From positions 276,962 to 311,666 of the forward strand of contig PS015030.1 of the NCBI GenBank assembly GCA_048213135.1: 34,705 nucleotides of DNA, read 5' to 3'. Every line of letters begins with the position of its first letter. The first letter of the stretch is position 1. This document shows positions 1-12,268 of this stretch, piece after piece. A program made the translations under genes and the position numbers. Source of the DNA: Reclinomonas americana ATCC 50394 (lineage: Eukaryota). Under the pieces are notes generated by a model. That model was not told where the DNA came from, did not search any database, and worked only from the letters and a program-made list of their open reading frames with translations.

Positions 1-201
1 AAGAAGACACGTAGACTGTCGTCGGCATACTAGGAAGAAGGAAAGAAACAGCTTTCTCAATAATAATAGAAACTTCGCTGGACATACACAACAATGAGCA
101 TCCACCAACAAGTCTCGTGTGTTTTCCTTCTACAACTAACACTGTTTTAAGTGTGTCTTTATCTGAGAAGGCAGAAAGAGATCAAGAAGAGAGAAACACT
201 G

Positions 202-564
202 TCACATACCACCAGCATCCTCATCCATGGAGTCGTCTGCACCCCGTGCTGTCGCCATCACCATCCTCCGCACCCCTCCATCGTCCCCCTCATCCTCGTC
301 ACCACCCTCCGCACCATCCTCACGTGCACATGTACCACCGTCCTCTCTCCACATGTGTCTCCGTGCCACGTCGTCACATGCACACTTCTGTTTGCTGTGG
401 CACACAAGAATGCCCGCAGCAGGTGTGGGGGGCAGCTCGCGCCATTCTACCACGTCTTCGTCCATTCCACACTCATCGTCGTCATCCTCCACCTCAGCGG
501 CATCTGGATCCTCTTCCTCGAGCTCGTCCGCACCACCACCGCTGTTGTCGTTAGTGCTGGCCAT
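202..564 (-). CDS. Putative terminal exon of an acidic, low-complexity hypothetical protein
   Basis: Open frame MASTNDNSGGGADELEEEDPDAAEVEDDDD...DEDAGGM* begins immediately after a CCCGCAG acceptor-like site that follows a (GA)n tract. No recognisable domain; upstream exons not resolved. Confidence 0.3.
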   Translation of the reverse strand: MASTNDNSGGGADELEEEDPDAAEVEDDDDECGMDEDVVEWRELPPTPAAGILVCHSKQKCACDDVARRHMWREDGGTCAREDGAEGGDEDEGDDGGVRRMVMATARGADDSMDEDAGGM

Positions 565-1391
565 CTGCGGGAGGCTTTCTCTCTCTCTCTCTCTCTCTTC
601 TCTCTTCTCTCTGTGCCACTCACTTCTCACTCCTCTCACACTTCTGACGACGGATTGATGATGAGATGGGACGCGGACCGACGTTCATCACTGACTCTGT
701 TGCTGCTGAGACGCACGACGGCGCATGAGAAACACAGGAGAGATGCTTCACCACCCGCCCTTCCGCCCGTGCCGACCACCACCTGCTGCTGATGTACTTT
801 TTGATGACAATTTTTTAATATTAATTGTCCGGATCCGGATCCTGGACCACACCAGCCAGCACGCGATTGTTTGGCTTTGCCTCCTGAAAGGGAAGATGAC
901 TTTTTGGAGAAGAAAATGGTAGTTTGTGCCTTGGTCATTGTCGGCAAGGGATTTGTGGACATTTGTCGCATTCGATATCGAAAGTGAATGAAGTGTCTTC
1001 TTTTTCGCAGCGAAGAGGGGGGCCCGGGAAGTATGGGTACCGGTGATACCCTCCATACGATGAGTAACGATCATGATCGACCGACGATGAAGCCATCCTC
1101 TCTTGCAGTGATGCTGTTGTTCTCATGCGCTCTCGACGTTCTTGTTGCGAAGTCAACTGCATTCTCTCGGCGAGCGACAAACAACGTGAAAGCTTTGAGA
1201 GTGCTGTCTGTAGACTGGTTCTCTCTGCGCTCACCACCACAAAAGGCGATCAACAAACACGCACAGGACAGCGCAGTCTGCAAGTTGTAAGTCGCTTTCT
1301 CTCGAAAATGTCGAGCACAGTGGAAGATGGAGGCTGCGTGCACGGCATGAGTTGAGTGCACAGAGTGTGTGTGCATGAAGAAAGGACCACA

Positions 1392-2000
1392 NNNNNNNNN
1401 NNNNNNNNNNNNNNNNNNNNNNNNNNNNNNNNNNNNNNNNNNNNNNNNNNNNNNNNNNNNNNNNNNNNNNNNNNNNNNNNNNNNNNNNNNNNNNNNNNNN
1501 NNNNNNNNNNNNNNNNNNNNNNNNNNNNNNNNNNNNNNNNNNNNNNNNNNNNNNNNNNNNNNNNNNNNNNNNNNNNNNNNNNNNNNNNNNNNNNNNNNNN
1601 NNNNNNNNNNNNNNNNNNNNNNNNNNNNNNNNNNNNNNNNNNNNNNNNNNNNNNNNNNNNNNNNNNNNNNNNNNNNNNNNNNNNNNNNNNNNNNNNNNNN
1701 NNNNNNNNNNNNNNNNNNNNNNNNNNNNNNNNNNNNNNNNNNNNNNNNNNNNNNNNNNNNNNNNNNNNNNNNNNNNNNNNNNNNNNNNNNNNNNNNNNNN
1801 NNNNNNNNNNNNNNNNNNNNNNNNNNNNNNNNNNNNNNNNNNNNNNNNNNNNNNNNNNNNNNNNNNNNNNNNNNNNNNNNNNNNNNNNNNNNNNNNNNNN
1901 NNNNNNNNNNNNNNNNNNNNNNNNNNNNNNNNNNNNNNNNNNNNNNNNNNNNNNNNNNNNNNNNNNNNNNNNNNNNNNNNNNNNNNNNNNNNNNNNNNNN
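1392..2000. other. Assembly gap (others: 5422-5989, 6710-6729, 10743-11405, 13090-13109, 20967-21151, 30831-30850, 32807-32826)
   Basis: N-runs, almost all flanked by simple repeats. The 20-N gaps are probably placeholders of unknown true size. Confidence 0.99.
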
Positions 2001-2051
2001 CTCTCTCTCTCTCCTCTTCTCTCTCTCTCTCTCTCCTCCCTCACTCACTCA

Positions 2052-2082
<31 letters not shown>

Positions 2083-3280
2083 TCACTCCCTTCCCTCACC
2101 CACCCATCCCTCTCTCATCACGCTGACTATCCTCGCCTTCCTTCAGCACGGCCATTCTGCTCCCGCCACTGGCTGTTCTCCTGCGAGGTTTGCCCTTCTC
2201 TCTCACACACACACCCACAACGCAGACCGAGTTCGACTCACTCGCCTCGTCTCTCTGTTTCACAGCGTAAGTCATAGAAAACCTCACAGCAATCGTGTCC
2301 TCTAACTCACTCACTCACTCGCTCGCTGGTGATTGCCTCGTGCTTGTGTGCTGCGCGCAGTGGGTTCGTCGTTGCTTTCCTGTACTCGGTGTTCGCTGTC
2401 TCTCACCACTTGGCACAGTTGCATCGATCATTTCTTTATCAACTGCGTGCTGACGCTGTTCTTCTGGTGCGTGCGCGTGCGCTCTTCTGTTGCATCTGCA
2501 GTGCCGAACAGCTCACTCGCTCTGCCTGTTCGCAGGATCCCCGGCATTCTGCACGCCATCTTTGTTTCGTTTTGCAGTGGAGAGAGCTTCCTCCGCAACT
2601 CGGAGTCATTCATTCCTTACGCGCGAACACAGGTGATCTTCTCCAAGGGCCGCGGGCACTCGGTGGCTGGCTCCAAGACCACTCGCGCCTAGTGGGCTGC
2701 CAATTGAGTCGTCGTTTTGGTTTGAGGCTCGGTGTGCGCGAGTGTTGTTTTTTTCCGTTTCTGTGCAGTCCCCGGCGAACAATACATTGTGCGTGTTCGC
2801 GTTGCGCTGCTGTGTTTTGGAGGGGGCACAGGAGGCGATTGACAAGGTTGTCTGTCCGACGAAGCACTCCGCTTGTCTTCCACTCTCGTGTTATCCTCTT
2901 CCAACTTCTCTCTCCGCCTCTAAGCTTATAAAGGGTTGGGAGAAAAAGGCAAAGAGCTGCGAATGGGGACGGAAAGTCGACGCAGGTTAGATTCCATCGA
3001 TCGTGGCTGTCGCAGTAAACCGTGGAACGCCTGGTCTCCCACAGGCATGGCCTTGGCAACATGGAGCCGGGTAACAGTAAGCGGAGGCAGGCGGCCATGG
3101 CCAGTTACCCTCTCCTCCTCCTTATTTTCCCTCAACTCTTCTCCCCCTTCTCTTTTCTGCCTCAGCTCGCGTTCTCTTTCACCACTCCTCCTGTCCTTCC
3201 CCCCCCCCCCCCCCCCCACCCTTCTCCATTCCTCACTTATCCACTAAAAAATCGCCTGTACACTCGCTCTTCCCTTCAAA

Positions 3281-4706
3281 TTAAACATTGCTGTGCGACA
3301 CAATCACGCTCAACGGCACCTCATTACCGGAACCGATGGGACCCGCCGTGGTAATGTACACCACCGGCTGTGAGCTCGTCGTGCCGGGCACCGTAACGCT
3401 GGTGACCGGGCGCGCCTCATCGGCGTACTGGGCCGACGAGATGTCGTAAATGTAGACCAGCGCGTGCGCGAACAGCACGATGATGTAGTAGTACTGTCCC
3501 AGACAAACATACACAGTGAGTGGCAAGATAACAAGACGCGTGCAAGAAAGGCACGCACCTGCACAATGGGGCCAATGTAATTAATCCTGCGCCACCGATC
3601 GCGGACAATGCCGAGAGCGATAAAGCCGCCAATGCCACCTGACGAGCGTGCGGGAAGACGAGTCAGTGAGTCGAGTCACACAAGAGCAGGCCAAGACAGG
3701 AAATACTCACCGAGCACAATGATGATGTAGAGGGCCACTGTTGTGAGGAGGAGAATGAATGAGAAAGGCATTCAAGCTCGTTCTGCTGCTGACGGCAATG
3801 TTGGGACAGAGAAACGGGAGACGGAAACGCTCTTCTCTCTCTGTCCCTCGCTCGCTGAACTCATTGCAGCATCTGCGTCTCCAAAGTGCATCCTTCTTTT
3901 CCTTCCCCTTCCATGCCTCCCCTTCCCCTTCCATGCCTCCCCTTCTCCCCCCACTCACCTCTCACCCACACAAACACTCGATCCGTACGATGCACGCGCG
4001 CCAGCACCTCCTCCCCACTCCCCCTCCCCGCCGCCTCCGCCACCGGCACTGCAACCTTGGGCATCGCCCTGGCCCTCGCCCTCACCAGCCCAAAAAAGCA
4101 CAAATCTTGCGCAAACAACTGCAAATACGACAGCAAAAAGAAGAGCGCCGCAAACACGCTGTGCGCTCCGCGGTACCGCGAATTATCAAACGAGGCCAGC
4201 AGGACGAGGAACGGACACGCCAGCAGGCCGCACACGACAGCCATGCCGTTCCAACGTCGCGGAAACGCGCAGCAGCACGTCGACTCCCGCTCAACGTCGG
4301 CATCAAAGCCGGCCATGCGACGTCGCATGGCGAGGAACTCGACAATCATGGTGGCGGCGTACAGTGGGACACACACGGTGCTGATGAACACGGCAAAGTA
4401 ATAGTATTGAGGGAAGATCTGTTTGTTGTCATCAGTGTCAGCAATGATCATGACAAAATGATGACTGATTGCAATCGTGACTGAGCTGCTGCGCATTCTG
4501 AGACAAAGGGAACGCCCTGTTGTGCCACGTCCCAGTCGCGTGACATGGTCACACTGTAGACTGTGATGACGACAATCGCCACGGCGATCACAGCCGTTAA
4601 CTGTGTGAGTCAGTGATAAGAGTGAGTGGACTCTTTTTCACAGTGAGAGAGAGAGAGAGCGCGTAACTGGCAGGAAGCGAGCGATGCGGAAGGTGCGACT
4701 GTGCAT
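3281..4706 (-). CDS. Frag1/DRAM/Sfk1 (TMEM150/PGAP2-like) multi-pass membrane protein, 6 exons
   Basis: Exons 4706-4668, 4600-4487, 4418-3989, 3737-3711, 3638-3559, 3493-3281 splice in frame to MHSRTFRIARFLP|LTAVIAVAIVVI...VPFVSECAA|IFPQYYYFAVF...LLASFDNSRYRGAHSVFAALFF...IGPIVQ|YYYIIVLFAHALVYIYDI. The N-terminal LP, PxIS..xP motif, H-containing TM4 and final TM ending in D match this family. Intron 2 donor is ambiguous (see findings). Confidence 0.75.
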
Positions 4707-5989
4707 GTTGTGCTCTCTCTCACACGCTGTCACAATCGGCGATGGGAATGACTCATGTGATACTGTATAGTCAAGCGAAATGCTCGAAATGAGCTTTATT
4801 ATTGGTCGGCGTTTTTTGCGAGCTCGACTCCGCGCTCGCGTGGAGCAGTTTATGCATGGTCGATGTATGATCGGCATCAGCAAGGAAAGCTCAGCACGAT
4901 CGATATTCTCGACGTGCAACCCTTATCAGTTTCTCTTGGTCCATGGTCACGCGCGTCGCTTCGATATCTGACTCCTTTGATCAGCGCCACCTTCGCCCTT
5001 GCTCCGAATACGGACAGGGAGCACGCCGAGTCACAGCTCAAGGAAGGGAGCGACCGACCTGTACACTCTGTATCTGAGCGCCCTCCATCCAGCCTCCGAG
5101 CCCGCCGCTTCCAAGTTTCTGACGTCAAACCACCGCTGAGTGCTTTCTCTGCAGCATCACGTCTCGCTCTCTCCGTCCCCTTGCCATGAGACTTCGTATC
5201 GTTGTTAAACGCCCTCTCCCTTCCAAGCTGCTGACTTCTTCAAGCTCGTCTCTTTTCTCCCTCCCTCTCTCAAGTGCGGTGCACCCTCGCTCCACGATCG
5301 CTGACTCTCTCTCCTTTCGACAGAACAGTGAGCCCGCCGCTGCCAAGCTTCTGACATTGACGCACCTCTGTTTCCATTCTCCGCAGCTTCGTCTCTCTTT
5401 CTCCCTGTCTCCCCTCCCTCTNNNNNNNNNNNNNNNNNNNNNNNNNNNNNNNNNNNNNNNNNNNNNNNNNNNNNNNNNNNNNNNNNNNNNNNNNNNNNNN
5501 NNNNNNNNNNNNNNNNNNNNNNNNNNNNNNNNNNNNNNNNNNNNNNNNNNNNNNNNNNNNNNNNNNNNNNNNNNNNNNNNNNNNNNNNNNNNNNNNNNNN
5601 NNNNNNNNNNNNNNNNNNNNNNNNNNNNNNNNNNNNNNNNNNNNNNNNNNNNNNNNNNNNNNNNNNNNNNNNNNNNNNNNNNNNNNNNNNNNNNNNNNNN
5701 NNNNNNNNNNNNNNNNNNNNNNNNNNNNNNNNNNNNNNNNNNNNNNNNNNNNNNNNNNNNNNNNNNNNNNNNNNNNNNNNNNNNNNNNNNNNNNNNNNNN
5801 NNNNNNNNNNNNNNNNNNNNNNNNNNNNNNNNNNNNNNNNNNNNNNNNNNNNNNNNNNNNNNNNNNNNNNNNNNNNNNNNNNNNNNNNNNNNNNNNNNNN
5901 NNNNNNNNNNNNNNNNNNNNNNNNNNNNNNNNNNNNNNNNNNNNNNNNNNNNNNNNNNNNNNNNNNNNNNNNNNNNNNNNNNNNNNNNN

Positions 5990-6122
<133 letters not shown>

Positions 6123-6297
6123 TTCCTCACTCGTCTCCCCCTTCCCTTTCCCTTTTTTCCCTCCCTTCGTCTCACAGCACGGAGCAGCAGAGCACGAATA
6201 ACCTTCAATCCACGACCACCAGAGGCCACTCACCCTGCTCCACACCGCTCCGCCCTTCTCCCCCTTCCTTCTGGGCGCCCAATCTTCTAACCCACCC

Positions 6298-6666
6298 TCA
6301 CACCGTCTTCGGCTTCGGCGCGTCACCGCGCGGGCGCGACAGCAGGAGCACCAGAGCGCTGAAAGCCAAGCCGCCAGCCACTCCAACAGAAGCTGCGCAA
6401 AAACACCAAGGTAAGAAGAACGAAAGTGAGATGCATGCACAACACAAAGACGCGCAACGCTTGAAGGCCACTGGCGCCTTCTCCACGTACACCAGGTACG
6501 CCAACGTGCCAGCGAAGAACAGGAATGCAGAGGCCACTGCATTGACAAAGCCCTGTGCAGATGCGCGGTGAGCAGAAGGCATGCAATATGCAAGACACAA
6601 GAGAGCGCGTGTGTGAGAGTGTATGTGTGTGTACGTGTGTGTGTGTGAGAGAGAGAGAGAGGAGGC

Positions 6667-6709
<43 letters not shown>

Positions 6710-6790
6710 NNNNNNNNNNNNNNNNNNNNCTAAGTGCACCTAAACATGCACCTGAGAACACCTGAACGCAGTTAAGTGTACACTGCGCTC

Positions 6791-6832
<42 letters not shown>

Positions 6833-7280
6833 GTGTGTGTGTGTGTACGCGCGTCTGACGCAACTCGAGTAACAGTCGCCGAGCACAACACCACCGCAAT
6901 GGACATGCACACCGATCCCAGCATCCTACACACATGCACAGAGAGACACACAGAACAGTGAGAGACAACAATGAGTGCGTGAGACACACACTCACTCACA
7001 CACACACTCTCTCTCTTTGCCTCCCTCTCTCACACGCAACTGGCAAGTAATCTGAGCAGTGGTCCACAGCTGCTCACTCTCCGCCATCACGCCCACATCA
7101 GTGACGAGAACTGCGTGAGCGCACATGAGTAACAAAGTAACACACATACACACTCACACTACTTCTTCTCGTTCTTTGTGCGCAACTTTGAGTGACGAGA
7201 TTCGGCACAAAGAGCAGTGCGCCACTTGCGCATGCAAACACAATGGAGAGAACGAGAGCAAAGCGACGAGCAAAAGTCAT
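6298..7280 (-). CDS. Small ~4-TM membrane protein, TP53I11/PIG11-like architecture, C-terminal KxKxx
   Basis: Predicted splice product: MTFARRFALVLSIVFACASGALLFVPNLVTQ|ILVTDVG...TAQITC|QMLGSVCMSIAVVLCSATVTR|CTLNCVQ|GFVNAVASAFLFFAGTLAYLVYVEKAPVAFK|PSVGVAGGLAFSALVLLLSRPRGDAPKPKTV*. Four hydrophobic segments and a KPKTV end resembling a dilysine ER-retrieval signal. One intron spans a 20-N gap. Family call is from recalled similarity only. Confidence 0.55.
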
Positions 7281-7825
7281 TGGCTTTTGTTGTTGTTAAA
7301 AACTTGAGTGAAAATGCAAAGTAAAGCAGCGCAAATTCGTTCGACAAACTTAGGGCCAAGTCCATGGGACTACAACGTACGAGGTAAACAAGTAATGGGG
7401 AAAACGAAGTACTGGCAATGGCTTCGAAGCCCGCGCTGCTGCTAATGAGAGAATTGCAAGTTGGCAGTTCTCCATTACACTGTAGCACTCTCATGTGCTT
7501 GGACTTTTGATGCTGTGTACGCTGCGTGTACAACGCCCACCCACATCGTGGTCGTCCGTAGAGTGACGATCTCGAATCAAGCCGCAACCTGGGCTGTTCA
7601 CTCCCAACGCGGTGTCACGTGTCCAGCGGCAATGGAGGTCAAGGTCTGCAAACGTCCGCTGCGAGCGACGGTGCGCAGAAGCCTCAGTTGGCATGTTGGT
7701 CCACTGCGATTGACATCAAGAAACAATCATTAGACGCGCTTGCAAGAAGACGGAGAGGGAGAGAGACATAAATGACGACAGCTCACCACGCATTTCGCCT
7801 GTCACTGCAGGAGAAGCGGGCTATT

Positions 7826-7882
7826 CTCAGAGTATCCACTGCCAAAGCTACACCGCAAAGCTCGCTCTTCTGATAAGCGGAG
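7826..7882 (-). pseudogene. Degenerate duplicated copy of an acceptor site plus exon from the adjacent gene
   Basis: CTCCGCTTATCAGAAGAGCGAGCT..GCGGTG..GC.TTGGCAG/TGG.TACTCTGAG matches 8298-8205 with a 37-nt internal deletion. It lies just after the gene's stop codon. Confidence 0.75.
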
Positions 7883-7907
7883 GTATTCGAGACAGCGGCT
7901 GACACCG

Positions 7908-9840
7908 TCAATCCTCCTCCTCCTCCTCCTCCTCTTCCTCCATCTTCTTCCCTCTCTTCGTGTCGGTTGCTTTCTCGTCCCTCGCCCGACACCACTTGGC
8001 GGCCTGCACAATCTCCGCCTCCGACAGAGAACCGTTTCGAAGCAAGGCAGCCATCATACCAGGGCATCCACGAAGGGCCCGCACAGCCTGCTCCACAAAC
8101 GGCAACAGATAATTCTTCCTCTTGCAGTATAACTTTGCCAGATCCTGCGTATGCAAGTGAAGAGTGAGTCGACGGAACCAGCAGTTGCACAGCAGCGCGT
8201 GAACCTCAGAGTAACCACTGTCATTGAGAACGACGCGTGGTCTCTTAATTGCGTCTGCCAAGGCGGCACCGCGCAGCTCGCTCTTCTGATAAGCGGAGTT
8301 TTTCAAGTCAGTGGCAGAGGCATTCATGCGGCCCGACTGGCATGCTTACCGAAACAAAGCTGCTCATTCGTTTGAGCACAGCCTCCACTGACTTGGTCGT
8401 GCGGTTCCGCGCATTGTGAGCGGATAGTCCTACAATATTGCCGAACTCGCGGATGACTGCAGGCGACGGTCGATCCGCGTCTGACCACGAAACACCGCAC
8501 TCAACGCATGCAAGCTCACAGAGAAGGTGACGATGATGGCGAACAGTGGCTGCCACAGCTACGGGCGCCATATAACCGAATGCCGTCACCAGCAACCTCT
8601 TTCGGTTGCACGCCTGTTTGCATGTCAGATGTGAATGGGGCGCAACGTCATCAGCGACTGCACATACCAATAGTCTCTCCAGAAGCTGACGTTCGTCCTC
8701 ACTCAATCCATCGCGCTCACAGAGAGCGTCAGAAGAGTAGCTGCGCTGAGAAAAAGCAGGTACCTTTACCTGCAGGAACAAGAGAGTGGGCGACAAGCGC
8801 AGGCTTCACACTCTCGTCCAACCCCCCACGAACCGGTGCTGGAATTTCATTGTCGATGCATAGCAGCTCCTTCTTCCGTGATTTTCTCGTGCGCTTCTTC
8901 CCACTTGCACCAGTACCAACAGTGGTATGCTCGTCATCGTGTGTGGTTCTGCACCACTCCACTGCACGTGCAATTTCAGCCTCTGAAAGACAGGCATCTC
9001 GCAGCAGCGTAGCCAATAATCCAGGACAGCCGCGAAGCGCACGTACGGCATTCGTAACAAATGGCAACAGCAGGTTCTCCTTCGCAGCAAACGCTTTCAC
9101 CATCTCCCAGGATTCCTGTCACATACCCGGGTAAGAGAAAGGGAGTCAGCGCCTTCACGTGCTCGTCATGAACTCTCACCTCGGAGAACCCACGTTCATC
9201 AAGAAAAATCGGTGGCCGCTCAACTGCATCCACCAGTGCGTCTCCTCGTAGCGCACTCCCCTACAGTGTGTGTATCTTCACAATCTCCATCATTACGAGC
9301 AGTCAGATGGAAGGATATTTGCAAACCAAAATAAAGTTGCTGATGGTTGCCAGCACGCCCTCCACTGACTTGGGAGTTCTACCGCGCGCATCGTTGGCTG
9401 AGTCGCCAAAGCTCTTGCCAAACAAGCGCCGTACTGCAGGTGACGGACTTCCTGGGCCAGTCGACGGTAACCCGCAGTCTTCGCACGCAAGCCGCAACAC
9501 CTCGTTCTGATGGTAGAGAACGGTGCTTCTCATGCACATGGGTGCCATGTAGCCAAACGCCTTCACCAGTATCCTCTTTCGATTGCTGGTCTGTTCATCG
9601 TGACAGTGCGCATGATGAGTGCATGTAGCACGAGTCGGAGAGCACTGGCGTACGCAACAAGCGTGTCCAATATCAGCCGCTGATCTTCGCTCAAGTCCTC
9701 CGACTCTGCGGCGCGACAGACCACGGTACGCTGCAGGTGCATACGATAAGCAAGCAGACGACAATCGAGAGAGAAAAAGATGGTGAGCGCACCTTTCTGG
9801 GTGGCGACTGGCTTCCAAGGTCCTCGCAAACTGATTTCAC
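7908..9840 (-). CDS. Hypothetical protein with two tandem copies of an unrecognised ~185-aa domain (3' part; start lies further upstream)
   Basis: Exons 9840-9793, 9730-9659, 9590-9327, 9260-9180, 9115-8834, 8769-8668, 8613-8350, 8285-8205, 8144-7908 are all phase 0 GT-AG and splice without stops. Two homologous units share LSED.R..L, NRKR.LV.AFGYMAP, LAC..CG, PSPAV.R.FG, KSVE.VL and LLPFV..AVRALRGCPG..A.LLR...LSEAEI..A..WCR. Confidence 0.8.
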
Positions 9841-10359
9841 CTGCTCGCGGCACGATGAGGGATGTCGGTGAACAAGGACGGAGTACCGCACGACAGCCTC
9901 ACCTCTGACGAACGCTTGCCGAGAAGCGACGGATCCCGCCTGCGCTGTGATATTTGCTGCAAGCTCAAACAAAGTTTGTTGAGATGGATTCTTGATTGTG
10001 ACCAGAGTCTTTCCAACTCCACCCTCCCTCCCTTGGTGGCTGTATGCCTATGATAAGCTCACTTCATCGCCCCCTTGGTCGGTGTATGCGTGTATATCAG
10101 GGTCTCTCTTCCCCAGCGACCCTTGATCAGTAAGTGCGAGTCACCCGTGTTCCTCTCCACCCTCTCTCCCTCTCCTCACACTCTCTTGGTTGGTGCATGC
10201 GTGTACTGAGTGTCGCTCCCCCTCTCTTCCTTGATCGCTGTGTACTTGCGATCAGAGTCCCCGCCTTCCACCCTCCTCTCTCTCTCTCTCTCTCTCCACT
10301 TCATTTGAACGTGCCTCTCTCCACCTCTGTGCACAAAATATGTCGCAGTCCCCACGCAC

Positions 10360-10555
10360 CTCGATGGTCTTCATCATGGCGAGCTCGGTGCGTTCCAGGC
10401 GAGCGACTGCACCGCCAAGTGAGTGACGAGCACCAATGCAAAGCCACATGAGTGAGACGCACATGTCTCCAACAAGGACTCAGCATCCCTCCGCAGTGCG
10501 GCAATCTGTGAGGCGCACTCGCAGGGGAGTCTCTGCCCGCAACAGCAAGTGTCAC
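10360..10555 (-). CDS. Two probable upstream exons (10555-10463, 10406-10360), possibly of the tandem-domain gene
   Basis: GT-AG flanked and phase-compatible: DTCCCGQRLPCECASQIAALRRDAESLLET|FARLERTELAMMKTIE. Linkage to 9840 and to possible exons at ~11700-12120 is not resolved. Confidence 0.45.
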
Positions 10556-10583
10556 CTGCCGCAGCAACACGGAGATCAGCAGA

Positions 10584-10742
10584 GAGGAGGAGGAGGAGGA
10601 GGAGGAAGAGGAGGCGAAGAAGGAGGAGGAGGAGGAGGAGGAGGAGGAGGAGGAGGAGGAGGAGGAGGAGGAGGAGGAGGAGGAGGAGGAGGAGGAGGAG
10701 GAGGAGGAGGAGGAGGAGAGAGAGAGAGGAGGAGAGAGAGAG
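10584..10742. repeat. (GGA)n/(GA)n microsatellite abutting an assembly gap
   Basis: Long GGA run followed by GA before the N-run 10743-11405. Confidence 0.95.
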
Positions 10743-12043
10743 NNNNNNNNNNNNNNNNNNNNNNNNNNNNNNNNNNNNNNNNNNNNNNNNNNNNNNNNNN
10801 NNNNNNNNNNNNNNNNNNNNNNNNNNNNNNNNNNNNNNNNNNNNNNNNNNNNNNNNNNNNNNNNNNNNNNNNNNNNNNNNNNNNNNNNNNNNNNNNNNNN
10901 NNNNNNNNNNNNNNNNNNNNNNNNNNNNNNNNNNNNNNNNNNNNNNNNNNNNNNNNNNNNNNNNNNNNNNNNNNNNNNNNNNNNNNNNNNNNNNNNNNNN
11001 NNNNNNNNNNNNNNNNNNNNNNNNNNNNNNNNNNNNNNNNNNNNNNNNNNNNNNNNNNNNNNNNNNNNNNNNNNNNNNNNNNNNNNNNNNNNNNNNNNNN
11101 NNNNNNNNNNNNNNNNNNNNNNNNNNNNNNNNNNNNNNNNNNNNNNNNNNNNNNNNNNNNNNNNNNNNNNNNNNNNNNNNNNNNNNNNNNNNNNNNNNNN
11201 NNNNNNNNNNNNNNNNNNNNNNNNNNNNNNNNNNNNNNNNNNNNNNNNNNNNNNNNNNNNNNNNNNNNNNNNNNNNNNNNNNNNNNNNNNNNNNNNNNNN
11301 NNNNNNNNNNNNNNNNNNNNNNNNNNNNNNNNNNNNNNNNNNNNNNNNNNNNNNNNNNNNNNNNNNNNNNNNNNNNNNNNNNNNNNNNNNNNNNNNNNNN
11401 NNNNNGGAGGAGGAAGAGGAAGGAGAGAGTGAGGAAACGCAGGGATGAGCAAGGGGTGTGACGCACGATCGCACGGTGCTCAGCCCATCAACAGCACAGT
11501 TCAGAATGGAAGCAGAGATGTGCCATCTCTCTCACTGGTCCGCATGAAGACACGAAAGATCCAGAGACATGCCCCCCTCCCCAGCACAGCACACAGCGCA
11601 CTTTGTCAAGCAGGGAAGAATGCAGGAAGAAAGAGAGAGGGCATGTTGATTCTTCCTCACTCTCTCTCTCTCTCCCTCCGTGTGTTTCTCTCTTCCCCTC
11701 TCCTTCTCTCTTACCATTAGTCGTCTTCGTCACTGCTGTGTTGCCAGAAGAAGACGTGGGAGACAAGTGCGATGACACTCTTCGTCTGGCCATCGCCACA
11801 GGTGCTGCTGTTCTCATTGTTGTTGCCACAGGGACATCAGTGGAGGTGTGCTGGGGAGGGGCAGTCCACGCTGCAGGCAACATCTGATCGTGGATCAGGA
11901 GAAGAGGGCTCGGACGTGAAGTTGTCGGACCTGCATGTCCTTCGTGTGACGTGAAGACAAGGCAGAGAGGAAGGTGCGACTGGACAGCGTGCAGCACGCT
12001 TCAGTCTGGACCTGCCTCCCTTCGAAGCGCTGCAACGCACCAA

Positions 12044-12070
12044 GTCGACGTCGACGTCGACGTCGACGTC
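12044..12070. repeat. Tandem palindromic hexamer (GTCGAC)4.5
   Basis: gtcgacgtcgacgtcgacgtcgacgtc, about 200 nt upstream of the ATG at 12269. Confidence 0.9.
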
Positions 12071-12268
12071 ACGATTTTGATCAATTGATATCGAGTCGCG
12101 CACTGCGCAGCAATCGACATTATGGTGGCGGCATGTAATAACGCAGAGTGCGGCAGACACTTACACTCGCATCAGCGCAACACGCCTTCGACGTGCCAGC
12201 GTTTTGGCGCCAAATTCTGCGTTTTCACCCGTTGTCGTGTCTCAACACAGTGCGCGCTGCGCCAATAC

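Noticed and set aside
2300-3100. Several overlapping ORFs of 60-200 aa on both strands
   Set aside because: No recognisable domain, in-frame stops in the most protein-like frame, and no consistent splice model could be built.
10005-10035. GREGGVGKT P-loop-like motif on the minus strand
   Set aside because: No preceding hydrophobic beta-strand and no downstream Walker B or NTPase context; the reading frame of this exon is ambiguous. Probably chance.
10301-11474. Long ORFs with poly-G/R/P/L/S or ERERE/SLSLS runs (also at 5186-6995, 14681-15316, 32531-33164)
   Set aside because: Artefacts of microsatellites and N-gaps lacking stop codons.
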